DNA of 64,000 nucleotides from Octopus vulgaris. Its lineage: Eukaryota. Every line of letters starts with the position of its first letter. Position 1 is the stretch's first letter. The notes under the pieces are model-generated. The model saw nothing but the letters and a program-made list of their open reading frames with translations, did no database searches and had not been told where the DNA came from. Position numbers and translations under genes: made by a program. Shown piece after piece: positions 61,975-64,000 of the stretch. The stretch covers positions 135,098,001 through 135,162,000 of the forward strand of contig OX597818.1 of the NCBI GenBank assembly GCA_951406725.2. The letters run 5' to 3'.

Positions 61975-63050
61975 ATAGACACCATCACATGCCAGGGGGA
62001 GAAACTAGAAGTTGTTGATAGCTTCCGCTATATAGGTGACAAAGTCTGTAGTGGGGATGGATGCTCAGAGAGTGTTACCACTGGAATAAGAGTAGCCTGG
62101 GCAAAGTTCAGAAAGCTTCTACCCCTACTGGTGACTACTTGCTCAGAGTGAAAGGTAGATTGTATGATGCATGTGTGCGAACCGCCATGCTTCACGGTAG
62201 TGAAACATGGGCCATGACTGCTCAAAAGAAATGAAGCTAGCACGATCCACTGGATGTGTAATGTCAGTGTGCACAAACAACAGAGTGTAAGCACCTTGAG
62301 AGAAATGCTAGACATAAGAAGCATCAGATGTGGCGTGCAAGAGAGATGTTTGCATTGGTATGGTCATGTACTATGGATTGATGAGGAGAGCTGAGTGAAG
62401 AAGTGCCCCTCCCAAAAAGAGGAAGGAATCCAGGGTAGAGGGAGACCCAGGAAGACATGAGATGAGCTGTTGAAGTATAACCTTCAAATGTTGGGCCTCA
62501 CAGAGGCAATGTCAAGTGACCGAGACCTTTGGAGGTATGCTTTGATTGAGAAGACCCGGCAAATAAAGTGAGTCCACAGCTGTAATCTACATCAGTGTTG
62601 CATAACCAGCCCACTCAAAGTACCTTGGATCGTAGGGTGACATGCTGTGCTTGAGGAGACCTATTGAGTCAAGTACATCAACATCAGCAATATCAAACTA
62701 AAATCAAATGGAAAGTGTAGTTGTGAGCCCCATGCCGGCAGCACATAAAATGCACCAGCCGAATGTGGCCGATGCCAGTGCCGCTTTGACTGGCTTTCAT
62801 GCCGGTGGCACATAAAAAGCACCATCTAATCATGGTCAATGCCAGCTCCTCTGGCCCCTGTGCTGGTGGCATGTAAAAAGCACCCACTACACTCTCGGAG
62901 TGGTTGGCATTAGGAAAGGCATCCAGCTGTAGAAACACTGCCAGATCAGATTGGAGCCTGGTGCAGCCTCCTGACTTCCCAGACCCCAGTCGAACCGTCA
63001 AACCCATGCCAGCATGGAAAACAGACGTTAAACGATGATAATGATGATAT
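61975..63050 (+). mobile_element. 5'-truncated RTE-clade LINE (RT C-terminus + 3' UTR)
   Basis: EKLEVVDSFRYIGD, AWAKF, LHGSETW, WYGHV and GRGRPRKT; module array; (GAT)n tail. Confidence 0.92.
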
Positions 63051-63832
63051 GGAAAAACAGATATGATGATGATGATTATATATCCAAAGAGATAAAGGAT
63101 GAGTAGAGGTGAAAAGAGGAAAGTAAGGAAAGGAGAGGAGGAAGAAAAAGAGAGATACTTCAAAAACAAAAAGATGTGTACGAATGTAATTCTATGTGCA
63201 AATGTGAATGTGTTTTGTGTGTGTGTGTGCATGCGCATGTGTGTGTGTGTAAATGTCTATATCTATAGGTGTGTGTGTGTGTGTGTAAGATGAGAGATAG
63301 ATATGGTGAGAATTATTATCAGTGTTAGAAATATTCCAAATATATCAATACATCAAAGACTTTTTATCTTATTGCTGAATTTAATCAGGTTGACCTCCAA
63401 CATTAGAATGGGAGAATGGTGGAATGGTAAAGAGAAGTTATTCACAGCAGTTCTGTATGCAGCATTCTTAGAAGCCAATAAAATGGTCCACACAACTGAG
63501 ATACATTTTTGGTTCCTGAAAATTCCACAAGATTTTTAGATCCCCCCTCCCCACTTCTTAATTGCTTATTTTTATGAGACTAACTAAGCTTTTAGAACTG
63601 ACCTGTTACAATCATAGGCACCGTCTGTCTCTGCTCTTTCTAAGCATTTTAGAGGAACCTGACTTATGAGAAGTACTAGCCAAAATTCATTTATATAGAA
63701 GGGTCATTAGATAACATAGACCTACAGACTCTAAAATACACAAGATGATCATGGCTGGAATGTCTCTGATCATAGATTTGGTCAATGGGGCTGTCTGAGA
63801 GCTAAATAACAGCAACTTATTACAAAAAATGA

Positions 63833-63886
63833 GGACCAATGCCTTGTGAGTGGATTTGGTAGACGGAAACTGAAAGAAGCCTGTCG

Positions 63887-63919
<33 letters not shown>

Positions 63920-64000
63920 CTGTGTTTGTCACACTAGCATTGCTTGACAACCGATGCTGGTGTGCTTACGTCCCCGTCACTTAGCGGTTCGGCAAAAAGA
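63833..64000 (+). mobile_element. SINE family A fragment (headless, runs off the window)
   Basis: GACCAATGCCTTGTGAGTGGATTTGGTAGACGG... matches family A. Confidence 0.85.

Overview
Eukaryotic, AT-rich, repeat-saturated non-coding DNA. The SINE/RTE/microsatellite make-up strongly suggests an octopus (coleoid cephalopod) genome; this is an inference. I found no intact host protein-coding gene, and almost all ORFs in the track are by-products of SINEs or microsatellites. The window holds at least four tRNA-derived SINE families and many 5'-truncated RTE-clade LINEs with (GAT)n tails. It also holds a CR1/Jockey-like LINE remnant, Penelope-like (PLE) RT and GIY-YIG remnants, and an internally deleted Gypsy element. 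DNA transposons include DD37D and Tigger/pogo transposase pseudogenes, piggyBac-, hAT- and Tc1-like MITEs, and non-autonomous Helitrons. The most interesting signals are RNA-structural. (1) At least five type-I hammerhead ribozyme motifs occur, three with intact cores; one sits inside a young 432-bp unit inserted as about 1.26 tandem copies, resembling a retrozyme or circular-RNA-derived insertion. (2) The RTE 3' UTR carries variable-copy arrays of a hairpin plus H-type pseudoknot module. (3) One SINE copy has clustered A>G changes resembling an ADAR-edited transcript that was reverse transcribed. All coordinates were read by eye and are approximate at element ends.
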